Of a DNA stretch of 52,771 bases, positions 34,248 through 43,677 are shown piece after piece (position 1 is the first letter of the stretch; each line of letters starts with the position of its first letter). Position numbers and translations under genes: made by a program. This DNA is from Nanobdellota archaeon. Lineage in GTDB: Archaea; Nanobdellota; Nanobdellia; SCGC-AAA011-G17; GW2011-AR18. The notes under the pieces are model-generated. The model ran no database searches and was not told where the DNA came from. It worked only from the letters and a program-made list of their open reading frames with translations. Location of the stretch: assembly GCA_038046085.1 (NCBI GenBank), contig JBBSWW010000020.1, forward strand, positions 1-52,771. The letters run 5' to 3'.

Positions 34248-35070
34248 TATTAATGCTTAGTTTCTTAACACTTTTATTATCAATCAATGATCTCATCTGC
34301 GAAATTGCAATTTTATTTAACTTAATTAGTCTTTCTTCTTGTACGATACTATCTTTAATAAATTCAGAATTTAATGCTTCAAGATTGGCTAATACAACCA
34401 ATTGAGAGACATTTGCATAATCTCTTAAATTTCCTTCTTTCTGAGGGTTTTGGTCTTTCCATTCTTTTGCAGTCATACCAAACATTGCTTTATTTAAAAC
34501 ATCAGCCTCAGATGCATAGATAATTCTAGCATCTTTGGGAGAAATTTCTTGTGGTATCAAGTTTTCTTTAATAGCATCGGTATGTATTTTATAGTTTATT
34601 TTTACTAATTCCCTCTTTACATCCCATCCCAGCCTTAACCTTTCACTTTCTTCTATTTTTAACCTTTGGAATTCTTTTATGAGGTATAATCTAAATTCAA
34701 CAGATATCCATGAAGCAAACTCAAAAGCAATATCTTTATGTGCATATGTTCCGCCATATCTTCCAGGTGAAGAAATTATTCCAATGGCTTTAGTTTTATC
34801 TATCCATTGTTTAGGTGTTAAAATAAAACTATTAGTCCCAGCTCGATTTCTAAACCCATCGAATTCGATGGAATTAAAATTAAAATTATTTATCTTTTCC
34901 CAAATTCCTAAAAACTCGATGGTGTCCTTGTTCCTAAGCCAATTCTGTATAAGGTAATCACTTCTTTCAGGATCTTTATATTTTGCAATATCTGTTAGTG
35001 AGATAAAATCTTGATCATGTTTAGATAAAATGACTATATTACTACCTTTAATATTTATCATATTTTTCAT
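34219..35070 (-). CDS. KilA-N domain protein
   Basis: FISLTDIAKYKDPERSDYLIQNWLRNKDTIEFLGIWEKINN, GRYGGTYAHKDIAFEFASWISVEFRLYLIKEFQRLK and KINYKIHTDAIKENLIP are blocks typical of KilA-N proteins found in R-M loci. Confidence 0.85.
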   Translation of the reverse strand: MKNMINIKGSNIVILSKHDQDFISLTDIAKYKDPERSDYLIQNWLRNKDTIEFLGIWEKINNFNFNSIEFDGFRNRAGTNSFILTPKQWIDKTKAIGIISSPGRYGGTYAHKDIAFEFASWISVEFRLYLIKEFQRLKIEESERLRLGWDVKRELVKINYKIHTDAIKENLIPQEISPKDARIIYASEADVLNKAMFGMTAKEWKDQNPQKEGNLRDYANVSQLVVLANLEALNSEFIKDSIVQEERLIKLNKIAISQMRSLIDNKSVKKLSINSENKKGDYK

Positions 35071-35324
35071 ATTGCTTCTCCAGAAATATAGTCCAATTCA
35101 ACAGTATAGAATCTGACACGGTTAAACTTAGGATTATGTATTTTTTCCCAAATTCCTAAAAATTCAAGAGTATTCCTGTTTATAAACAAATTTATAATAA
35201 CAAAACTAGGTTCTTCGGGGTTCTTTTTTTTAGCAATGTCAGTTAAAGAAATATATTTTTGAGCATCTATCTGTTTAATTCCTATATCTGTACATTCTAC
35301 TTGAATTATTTTATTGTTTTTCAC
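35067..35324 (-). pseudogene. truncated KilA-N N-terminal paralogue (85 aa)
   Basis: YISLTDIAKKKNPEEPSFVIINLFINRNTLEFLGIWEKIHNPKFN aligns with the N-terminus of 34219..35070 and then ends. The start is intact, and an ATGA overlap means it could still be expressed as a short protein. Confidence 0.5.
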
Positions 35325-35325
35325 T

Positions 35326-36513
35326 TTAAGCCAATTCTCCCCTGAAAGCTTTTTGCATTAAAACATTAAATAAGTTATCAATGTGTTCTTTTGAATTTTT
35401 CTGTTGCTCTTTCATAACTTCAACTTCTTTGACAATTGAAGCGAATTTGTTTTGTAGTTCTATTGGGGGAATGGGAATCTCTAAATTTTTCATTATTGTT
35501 GTATTAAGATTGGGTTGTGTGCCTTCAGGCGCTAATTTTATAAGATAAGTTGTAATATGATTGATTAATTTTAACAAATAAAATTGATTTATTCTCTTAT
35601 CTAAATTTTCAAATGAAAGCCATCCATCATGGATACATCCTTCAATTTTTAATATCCTTGCAAACCCTAAACTTACTCCACAATTAGCAAAAATAAGTGA
35701 ACCTGGTTTTAATAACACACTTCTTTTAGCTCCTTCTTTAGTTATCATTACTTTTGTATCATCAATAAATAATTCATTTCCTTTAGTCCCATCGCCTATT
35801 TTGATCCAGGGAACTTCATTTCCTATAAACTCATCAATAGGTCTGGGAGATGCTCCTCTTCTGATTGTACATAAATTTTCTAATGGTAGTTTTGACCACT
35901 TTTTATTATTTATAATTGGATTTCCAAACATTTCCATAAAAACACTTTTTAAAAAATATTTAGTCAGTTCATCTATCTCTTTTCTTAATACTTTTGTCTG
36001 CTCTACTTTTTCTAATATTGATACAATTTTTTGCTGGATAACTAAAGGGGGGATTATTAAACAGATTTTTTCAATGGCTGAATTATTTATCCCGCTTTGT
36101 GTTGAACCTGTACTTAATTTATCTTTCAGTTCATTAAAATCCCTAGATATTAACATCAATCTTAAGTAACTAGGAGAGACTAATTTATAATTTACTTTTA
36201 TTCCAGAAAAACCAGTTGATAATATATATTTTTTAATCTCTTCTTTATTTTTTTCATCGAAAGAATAAACTTTTAATGTTGCTTTCATTTTTGCAAACCA
36301 AACAGAATTAAGGACTGGTTGCATATTAGCCCTAGATGGTCTATCTTCATAGGTTATAATGGCTTCAATTTTATTTATTTTTGTTCCCTTAATTGACTCA
36401 GTAGAAAGATAATTTTTTTCATCTTTAAATTCATCTATTCCGCTAGATAATATTGTAAAATATTCTTGATTTCCAAGTTCAACTTCCTTCCAACCATCTG
36501 GTAGTTTATGCAT
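35326..36513 (-). CDS. hsdS: type I R-M specificity subunit HsdS
   Basis: It has two target-recognition halves, each followed by the conserved helix motif (IPPLVIQQKIVSILEKVEQ and IPIPPIELQNKFASIVKEVE). Confidence 0.85.
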   Translation of the reverse strand: MHKLPDGWKEVELGNQEYFTILSSGIDEFKDEKNYLSTESIKGTKINKIEAIITYEDRPSRANMQPVLNSVWFAKMKATLKVYSFDEKNKEEIKKYILSTGFSGIKVNYKLVSPSYLRLMLISRDFNELKDKLSTGSTQSGINNSAIEKICLIIPPLVIQQKIVSILEKVEQTKVLRKEIDELTKYFLKSVFMEMFGNPIINNKKWSKLPLENLCTIRRGASPRPIDEFIGNEVPWIKIGDGTKGNELFIDDTKVMITKEGAKRSVLLKPGSLIFANCGVSLGFARILKIEGCIHDGWLSFENLDKRINQFYLLKLINHITTYLIKLAPEGTQPNLNTTIMKNLEIPIPPIELQNKFASIVKEVEVMKEQQKNSKEHIDNLFNVLMQKAFRGELA

Positions 36514-36961
36514 TCTTCATAACCTCAATAAATTTAGTAAAATCTATTACTTGAAAATTTGGATCTATCTCTTTTACAGCTTCTTGAAGAGCAACGTCAT
36601 TAGTTACAAGAATAAAACTGTTTTTAACGGCAGTCTCAGCAATTAAAGCATCTTTGATATTACCTCTATCTTTTGGTTTAGCTCTCTCTAATAAATTTAA
36701 TAACTTCTTATAAAATTTTCCATCGCTAAATTTTGCTTTACCCCATTTAGAAGTTCCCCAAACTAGCGATTCAGTAGGTAACTCTCTATGGCTGATTTCT
36801 TTAAATTTCGCTTCTAATTGTTTTCTTCTTTCTTCTTTTTGAGTATCATTTAATTCATCTTTAGGAATATGTGTAGTAAAAAATTCTCCTTTAAGACCAT
36901 TAATACAAATCTCATTATCTAAAAGCTTATTATATACATTTGTATCTAACATAAATTTCAT
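36506..36961 (-). CDS. PIN-like domain protein embedded in the type I R-M operon
   Basis: It has the N-terminal FMLDTNVYNKL and the C-terminal DALIAETAVKNSFILVTND, giving a PIN-like arrangement of acidic residues. It overlaps the hsdS start by 8 nt. Confidence 0.5.
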   Translation of the reverse strand: MKFMLDTNVYNKLLDNEICINGLKGEFFTTHIPKDELNDTQKEERRKQLEAKFKEISHRELPTESLVWGTSKWGKAKFSDGKFYKKLLNLLERAKPKDRGNIKDALIAETAVKNSFILVTNDVALQEAVKEIDPNFQVIDFTKFIEVMKNA

Positions 36962-36983
36962 ATTTTTCTCCTAAATTTATTAT

Positions 36984-38012
36984 TCACTTTGATAACTCCT
37001 TTTCTATATCTTCTATTGTAGGGAGACTAGACTTAAGTTTACCAGTTATAGACTTTGTTAATTCATATTCTGAAATGCCAATAGGCCTTGCAATATTTTT
37101 TAATGCATATTCTGCTATTACCTTATTCTTTTTCTTACAGAGTATCAAACCTATAGAAGCATTATCTGAAGTGTGTTTAAGTATATTGTCAACTGCATTT
37201 AAATAAAAATTAATCTTTCCAGCAAACTCCGGCTTAAAATCTCCTGCTTTTAATTCAATTATAACAAAACAACGTAATTTTAGATGATAAAACAATAAAT
37301 CAATATAAAAGTCCTCTTTACCAACTTTAAGAGGGACTTGTTTTCCAACATATGAAAATCCTGCACCTAGTTCCAATAAAAACTTAGTTACATTCTTTAC
37401 TAATTCGTTTTCAATTTCTTTTTCCTGAGCTTCTTCTGTAAGAGTTAAAAAATCAAAAATATATGGGTCTTTTAGAGTTTGTATAGCAAGATCAGATTGA
37501 GGTTTGGGAAGTATAGACTCAAAATTATTAACAAGTTTTCCTTTTCTATAATACAAATTGCTTTCTATATTTATTGAAAGGATATTTCTTGACCAATTAT
37601 TCTTTATAGTTTCAGTTAAGTAGAATATTGCCTCATCTATATTTTTTACCTTATTTAATATTGCAATATTATGTCCCCATGGTAATTGTCCAACAAGCTG
37701 TTGGACTTTTTGTTCAGTTTTAGAATAGAATAAGTACCATTGACGTATATTAAACAAATTTGTTCTAGAAAAACCTTTCATATTTGGGAATTCTTTGCTT
37801 AAATCTTTAGCAAGCATTTCTACTATAGAATCTCCATATTTTCCTCCTTTTTGTTTTTTTGTTATAATTGCTCCAATTTCCCAGTATAATAAAATAAGTT
37901 CTTTGTTAACTGAAATTGCAGCTTTAATTTGAATAGTCTTTATTTTGTTTTTAATATCTGATAAAATAGATAAATACTCATGATCACGTTTTATAACTTG
38001 ATTACTGATCAT
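36984..38012 (-). CDS. DUF1016 (YhcG-like) PD-(D/E)xK nuclease-family protein
   Basis: It has an N-terminal helical domain with LPWGHNIAIL and a C-terminal YIDLLFYH...IIELK core, which is typical of DUF1016. Confidence 0.75.
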   Translation of the reverse strand: MISNQVIKRDHEYLSILSDIKNKIKTIQIKAAISVNKELILLYWEIGAIITKKQKGGKYGDSIVEMLAKDLSKEFPNMKGFSRTNLFNIRQWYLFYSKTEQKVQQLVGQLPWGHNIAILNKVKNIDEAIFYLTETIKNNWSRNILSINIESNLYYRKGKLVNNFESILPKPQSDLAIQTLKDPYIFDFLTLTEEAQEKEIENELVKNVTKFLLELGAGFSYVGKQVPLKVGKEDFYIDLLFYHLKLRCFVIIELKAGDFKPEFAGKINFYLNAVDNILKHTSDNASIGLILCKKKNKVIAEYALKNIARPIGISEYELTKSITGKLKSSLPTIEDIEKELSK

Positions 38013-38410
38013 ATCTTCCCCCTAATTAATTTACTAGGTATAGATACAGCTTCTTTACTATCTTTTTTTATGTAAGTCTCTCTTTCATCAACTGCTTGTT
38101 TCAATGAATCAAACAATTGCCTAATATATTCACTGGATAAATCATATTCAACATCCACGTGTAATCCATTATCAAGAATTACTTTCCAACTAAAATTATC
38201 CTTATATTTATTATAAACAAAAAGGTTTTTTCCAGCAATATTTATAGGAATAGGATTTTTAATCTCATTCTTAATAAGTTCCTTAATCTGTGTTGAAGGT
38301 GTCAATCCCTTTGTATCACAATGAATTTTGAAATCTAAAAATTCAGTTTTTGAGAGCTTTGCTGATACAGTCTTAACTTCATATATGTCATCCCAGCTTT
38401 TTTTTATCAT
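38009..38410 (-). CDS. hypothetical protein between hsdR and the DUF1016 gene
   Basis: This 133-aa ORF has a 4-nt overlap with the DUF1016 gene. I recognise no family. Confidence 0.4.
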   Translation of the reverse strand: MIKKSWDDIYEVKTVSAKLSKTEFLDFKIHCDTKGLTPSTQIKELIKNEIKNPIPINIAGKNLFVYNKYKDNFSWKVILDNGLHVDVEYDLSSEYIRQLFDSLKQAVDERETYIKKDSKEAVSIPSKLIRGKI

Positions 38411-38474
38411 AATGCAATAATGTTAAAGTTATTTATTAATCTTTCTAATCTTGTAAACTTCAGTATACAAAATA

Positions 38475-41198
38475 TCATTTAATCTTTATTTTATTACATT
38501 CAACAACTATCTTTTGTAACTCAGATGTCTGGAACTTATCAAGAGGTCTTTCATTAGAAAGAGGCGGAACCGTAAAATCCTTTAATTCTATATGTTTAGT
38601 CCTGGCAAATACCTTTTTTAAAACTTGTAAGAACTTTATCTGCTCAGAGTTATATTGTTGATTTTTAAATAGTATATGAATATCAAATTCTCTTTCAATC
38701 AATACTTGAGGATCATATTCCCGTTTTAGTCCAAGAATCTTTCTCAAAAAGAGTATAAAATCTATTTTTTGTATCCTCTGTACATTATCAATTGTTATTT
38801 CAGGTCTTAATTCTCTTAATTGCTCTTCAAGTTTAAGAAGTTCATTAGGTGTTATTCCTTCTTCATTCCTTATTTTTTTAATCAAAAGATTTGTCTCTAA
38901 GAATTGTTTAAGTTCTTTATCTTCATTAACTTCTTTCTTAAAATTTTCAACATTTAGAACTAAGTCTGGAGCATCGACTTGTAGCATTCTTTTAGGATTT
39001 TTCTCATAATATACCATTAATGGTGCTAATTCTTTAATAATAAACTCAACATCTTCAAAAGTTAATTGTTCCCAAAAAGTTTCATTTATTATAGTAAGGA
39101 TTATATCCTTTTTATTTTGTATAACTTCTAGATTATCCTTCTGTAGGATATTATTTAGTTTTTCTTCAACATATTCAAAAACAGAGAAAATCTTCTCAAT
39201 ATTTTCATCAATAATATAACCAAATAGTTTTTCAACTTGTAATATAAAACTTGTAACTTCTGAATTTTTTCCAGGATTTAATGAAATTAAAGGAGCTATA
39301 TCTTTCTTTAGTTCTTCAATATAATTATTCAAATCGAACTTTCTAGAAACTATTTTCTTTATTATTGGTAATTTCTCACGTACAATAAATGAATCTTTAT
39401 TTAAAGAATTAACCTCATTTATAATCTTATCCTCAATGAATTTCTTTTGTTCTGGAGCTAATTTCTTATCTAATAGTTCAACTTTATTTAAAAAGATTCT
39501 TGTAAGTGCATCAGTTCCAGATTTTGATTCTTTAGACTCTTTCAAGTGATGATATCTAACATTCGAATGTCCTCCCAAACTAAAGTCCAAAATTAAAAAA
39601 TCATTTTTCTCTCTATTTGGTAACCACTCTTTATGTTTACAAGATTGAAGATTTCTAGTTCCTCTTCCTAGCATCTGCCAAAATCTAATTCCAGAAAATA
39701 CCGGTTTAACAAATACTAAATTGCAAACTTCAGGAATATCTATTCCAGTATCCAAGACTCCTACTGATAAAGCAATCCTTGGTTCAGAATCTAATTTAAA
39801 TCTTGCAATCTCATCAGTGTATCTATAAATCTCAGAGACAATTATCTGAACATCATTTCCCAAAGTTGGATCTAATTTATTAAATATCTTTTTAATATGT
39901 TTAGCATGAGAAATATTTGCACAGAAAAATATTGTTTTTGCAGGTTTACCTTCATCAGATTTATAACATCTATTTAAAAATTCTCTAACAATAAGTTCAT
40001 TAGTCTTATCATCCATAAAAACTTTAGCAAATGAAGCTCCAGGAAGCATCATATATTTTGGATCTTCTTCCTGTTTTATAAGTTGAAGTTGTAAATCTTT
40101 AGTTAAAGTTGCACCTTCAATTCCTAAAGCCAAAACTTTTGTATCAATAATCTGAGCATTATAAGGAACAAGAACTTCATCTCTTATTGCTTCATCATAA
40201 GAATATTCAACTGTTGGTTTATTTCCTTCACAATTAAACATTTCAAATGTATTCCTACTCTCTTCAGATGATGGTGTTGCAGTTAATCCAATTTTTATTG
40301 CATCAAAGTATCTATGAACTTCTCTATTTGGATCGTATATAGACCTATGAGCTTCATCAAAAATAATTAAATCAAAAAAACCAGGACTAATTTTTTCATA
40401 ATATTTACCATTCCTTCCACTTCTTAGCGTTTGAATTGTAGTCACATACATTCCATTTGGAAAACTTTGCGGATTATTTCTTAAATCAGTAACAGGCTCA
40501 CTAGGAAAAAATTCTTTAAAACCTGCTGATTTAGCTTGATTAGCCAAAGCAATCCTATCTGCAACAAAAAGGACATTTCTAACAATATTAGCTCTAAGTA
40601 ATACATCAACCATTGACATAGCAACTCTTGTCTTTCCTGTTCCTGTAGCCATAGAAACTAAAGCAGATTTGTGTCCTTTTTGGATATGTTCCATCAATTG
40701 TTTAACTACAAGAACACTTCTTGATCTATCTACAATTCTATCAATACTTATTTTTGTAGGATCTCTTCTTTTTCTATATAATTCCATTCTTCTTTTCAAA
40801 TCAGATTGAGAGAATACACCACTAACATGTCTTTCAACACCATCTTGATCTATAAATAACCATTTATGGCCATTAGTTAAAAATACAGGAATTTTCTCTC
40901 CAGTTTGATTTTCAATATCCTTAAAATAAGTTCTTGCTTGAGCTCTTCCTTCATCTTCTGAAACAGAAAACTTCTTAGCCTCTATTAATGCAACAGGAGT
41001 ATTATCTTCTGCTAATAATAAATAATCAATAAATCTTCCAGAATCATCATTTTGGCCTTTAGAAAGTACGTACTCTTTAATTTTAAAATTAGATATTACT
41101 GAATTTACTTCTTCCTTAATATATTTCTTAAGCCAACCACGTTTAGTTAATTGATAATCTATTAAATATTCTCTTGTTTGTTTTTCGGATAAATCCAT
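38475..41198 (-). CDS. hsdR: type I restriction enzyme R subunit HsdR (EcoEI-like C-terminus)
   Basis: It has an N-terminal PD-(D/E)xK core (IDYLLL...ALIEAKK), helicase motif I MATGTGKT, the DEAH box FDEAHR and motif VI QMLGRGTR, followed by a long helical C-terminal domain. Confidence 0.9.
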   Translation of the reverse strand: MDLSEKQTREYLIDYQLTKRGWLKKYIKEEVNSVISNFKIKEYVLSKGQNDDSGRFIDYLLLAEDNTPVALIEAKKFSVSEDEGRAQARTYFKDIENQTGEKIPVFLTNGHKWLFIDQDGVERHVSGVFSQSDLKRRMELYRKRRDPTKISIDRIVDRSRSVLVVKQLMEHIQKGHKSALVSMATGTGKTRVAMSMVDVLLRANIVRNVLFVADRIALANQAKSAGFKEFFPSEPVTDLRNNPQSFPNGMYVTTIQTLRSGRNGKYYEKISPGFFDLIIFDEAHRSIYDPNREVHRYFDAIKIGLTATPSSEESRNTFEMFNCEGNKPTVEYSYDEAIRDEVLVPYNAQIIDTKVLALGIEGATLTKDLQLQLIKQEEDPKYMMLPGASFAKVFMDDKTNELIVREFLNRCYKSDEGKPAKTIFFCANISHAKHIKKIFNKLDPTLGNDVQIIVSEIYRYTDEIARFKLDSEPRIALSVGVLDTGIDIPEVCNLVFVKPVFSGIRFWQMLGRGTRNLQSCKHKEWLPNREKNDFLILDFSLGGHSNVRYHHLKESKESKSGTDALTRIFLNKVELLDKKLAPEQKKFIEDKIINEVNSLNKDSFIVREKLPIIKKIVSRKFDLNNYIEELKKDIAPLISLNPGKNSEVTSFILQVEKLFGYIIDENIEKIFSVFEYVEEKLNNILQKDNLEVIQNKKDIILTIINETFWEQLTFEDVEFIIKELAPLMVYYEKNPKRMLQVDAPDLVLNVENFKKEVNEDKELKQFLETNLLIKKIRNEEGITPNELLKLEEQLRELRPEITIDNVQRIQKIDFILFLRKILGLKREYDPQVLIEREFDIHILFKNQQYNSEQIKFLQVLKKVFARTKHIELKDFTVPPLSNERPLDKFQTSELQKIVVECNKIKIK

Positions 41199-41249
41199 TT
41201 TACCTATTTAATATCTAATTAAGGCAATTTATATTATTATCTTATCTGT

Positions 41250-41858
41250 CTAAATAACCTCTACCCTCTTATTCTTAACTAATATCTCTACTATCTTTAC
41301 TGGTAAGTTTGCCATATCTTCTGCTTCATATGGTCCATAGATATTCAGATCATCTCCTAAGAATTTTGGTACTGGCTCTACAAACCTTACAGTCTGGTTC
41401 TTCTTATCTTCTGCTTTACTCTCTCCTTTGACTATTACTTTCTCTGGCTCTCTCCCATCTAATAAATTATACAACACATTCTTCCTATATCCATTAAATA
41501 AATTAACAAGTGCATTATACATATCTCTCTCATCTTCTAATAATGCATCTGCATCCTGTACTGTTCCTGATGCTCTTGAACTTGATAATGCTAAATCTAT
41601 TATTTTTGTCTCTCTTTTCTCATATAACTCTTTCAATAACATCTTACTATTATCTAATTGTCTTTTAGTCTTAGTTATACTATCATTTGCGAATACACTG
41701 TCTTTTGACTCCTGACTTCTTAGTATTGCTTTCTTCTCCTCTAAATATCTTAATAGTTTTTTATAGAAGCTCTTATCTATTCTTTGTAACTCTGTCTTAT
41801 ACTTCTCTAATCTTAATGTTTCATACAGATTATCAAATGTGATTACTCCATCTTCCAT
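41250..41858 (-). CDS. GINS complex subunit (Gins51-like)
   Basis: It has an N-terminal helical A-domain (FDNLYETLRLEK...LQRIDKSFYKKLLRYL) and a C-terminal B-domain (VRFVEPVPKFLGDDLNIYGPYEAEDMANLPVKIVEILVKNKRVEVI). Confidence 0.6.
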   Translation of the reverse strand: MEDGVITFDNLYETLRLEKYKTELQRIDKSFYKKLLRYLEEKKAILRSQESKDSVFANDSITKTKRQLDNSKMLLKELYEKRETKIIDLALSSSRASGTVQDADALLEDERDMYNALVNLFNGYRKNVLYNLLDGREPEKVIVKGESKAEDKKNQTVRFVEPVPKFLGDDLNIYGPYEAEDMANLPVKIVEILVKNKRVEVI

Positions 41859-41935
41859 TGTTACTTTTCTAGTTTTATTTTCGCTTTTTAAAAATTTGTA
41901 TTTTTGAATAGTGATGACTTTAAATTATAGTTGTA

Positions 41936-42616
41936 ATGCTTTTTTGCATGGTTTTATCACTTAATGCCTTTGGAATTCCTGATTATCCTTATTCTGAATG
42001 GATTTTATTGTCTCATAGGACTATGTTTTCTGAATCTTTAGTTATTTATGATAATAATGAGTCTATGTCTTCTAAACCTAAGGATGTTGATCTATGGATT
42101 CGTTGTATAAAGGGCTTAGCTTTCCCTAAAACTAATAATGAGCCTAAAAAATCTAAATCAACAGAAAGTCCTGTACGTTTCAATCTTTACAATGATTGGG
42201 AGAGTAATCTAGTTAATGCTTCTTCATATGATGGAATGTTTTCTGTTCTTGAAAAACTTAATGCATCTTATATGCCTGTTCTCTGTCGTCCATATGAAGC
42301 TCCTTTCAATCCTTATTCTCTTCCTGGAAGTTTTCCTGATATTGTTTATAGTTCTGATATTAGGTCTAGGTTTATAAGTTATGTAAAAGATACTATTGAG
42401 AAAATTGGAGGTAGTGATGATTGTATTAATCATGAGATGAATTATTATCATCAGTTTCCTGAAAGGCTTCGTTCTCTTCAACTTCTAGATGATTTAGTTT
42501 CAAAGAATCCTCCAAATAGTTTAAGATCAAGTGGCTGGGATGCTGATCGTGCTGTCTATCCATATTATATCAGTTTAAAGAGAGAACATGATTTAAGTCG
42601 TGCTTATCTGTTTTAG
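41936..42616 (+). CDS. hypothetical protein
   Basis: This is a 226-aa ORF with no recognisable motif. Confidence 0.35.
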   Translation: MLFCMVLSLNAFGIPDYPYSEWILLSHRTMFSESLVIYDNNESMSSKPKDVDLWIRCIKGLAFPKTNNEPKKSKSTESPVRFNLYNDWESNLVNASSYDGMFSVLEKLNASYMPVLCRPYEAPFNPYSLPGSFPDIVYSSDIRSRFISYVKDTIEKIGGSDDCINHEMNYYHQFPERLRSLQLLDDLVSKNPPNSLRSSGWDADRAVYPYYISLKREHDLSRAYLF

Positions 42617-42653
42617 TTAAGCTTAAATATCAATTGATTTAAAATAAAGTCAT

Positions 42654-43211
42654 ATGATTCAAATAGAAATCAATTACAAATATGAAATCCTTATCTTAAT
42701 ACTTAAAAAAAAGGAATCTTATGGAAGAGAGTTAGCCAAAGAATTGAAAACATCTCTTACTAGAGTACAATCAATATTGGATGAATTAAGAAATGCTTCT
42801 GTAATAGATTATAAGGTTGTAGGCAAGAATCATATCTATTTTCTTAAAAAAAATCTTATTGCAAGATCATTCATAATAAATGCAGAAAATTATAAATTTG
42901 TAAGGACAATACAAAAATATCATATACTTGGTCCAATATTCGAAGATATAATAAAAAAAAGTAAATCTAATCTAATAATTTTGTTTGGAAGTTATGCAAA
43001 AGGTCTAGCAAGAGATGATAGTGATATTGATATCTATATTGATACAAGGGATATAAAAGAAAAGGAGGTAGTTGAGTCTATTTATTCCGAAATAAATGTA
43101 AAAATTAGACTTTTTGACGCGAAGGACTTATTAATTTCAGAGATTATTAAGAATCATGTTATAATAAAAGGCGTTGAAAAGTACTATGATAAATATAACA
43201 TTTTTAAATAA
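42654..43211 (+). CDS. wHTH plus minimal nucleotidyltransferase (MNT) antitoxin-like protein
   Basis: It has an N-terminal winged-helix region and the NTase motif ILFGSYAKGLARDDSDIDIYID. CTTAAATA (42622-42629) lies 24 nt upstream. Confidence 0.75.
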   Translation: MIQIEINYKYEILILILKKKESYGRELAKELKTSLTRVQSILDELRNASVIDYKVVGKNHIYFLKKNLIARSFIINAENYKFVRTIQKYHILGPIFEDIIKKSKSNLIILFGSYAKGLARDDSDIDIYIDTRDIKEKEVVESIYSEINVKIRLFDAKDLLISEIIKNHVIIKGVEKYYDKYNIFK

Positions 43212-43677
43212 ATTAAAAGATGAAGGTTCATTGATAATTATAGAACCATCCGAAGAAATTTCAATATCATATTCTTTAAAGAGTGATAATTGTATAAAGG
43301 TTGCAGAACTTGCTTTTGATGCTGGAATATATGAAAATTCTATAAGCGAAGCATATTATTCTATATATAATTCAGTGATGTCTCTTTTTTATAAATGTGG
43401 CATAAAATGTGAAAATCATTCAGCTGCTGTAATATTAGTTAAAGAACTTTTTAATTTAAAAGAATTATATGACATATTTTCTGAATTTAAGAAAGACAGA
43501 ATAGATAATCAGTATTATACTCCAGAGATAAAAAAGTTAGAAATGACAAAAGATATCTGTAATATTAAATTAAAAAATGCCAAGGACTTCAATTTTCATC
43601 TGCGTGTATATATAAGAGATTTAGGACTTGAGGAAATTAATAGAATAAGAAATAAATTCAATTCTCTTTTTCAGTAA
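43174..43677 (+). CDS. HEPN-domain protein (partner of MNT)
   Basis: Its four-helix pattern (AELAFDAGIYENSISEAYYSIYNSVMSLFYKCGI...NHSAAV) is typical of HEPN. It overlaps the MNT gene. The start may instead be the ATG at 43186. Confidence 0.55.
   Translation: MKSTMINITFLNKLKDEGSLIIIEPSEEISISYSLKSDNCIKVAELAFDAGIYENSISEAYYSIYNSVMSLFYKCGIKCENHSAAVILVKELFNLKELYDIFSEFKKDRIDNQYYTPEIKKLEMTKDICNIKLKNAKDFNFHLRVYIRDLGLEEINRIRNKFNSLFQ

Noticed and set aside
41859-41935. The intergenic region next to the GINS gene considered as a replication origin.
   Set aside because: There are no ORB-like repeats, no cdc6/orc1 gene nearby, and the region is only about 77 nt long.
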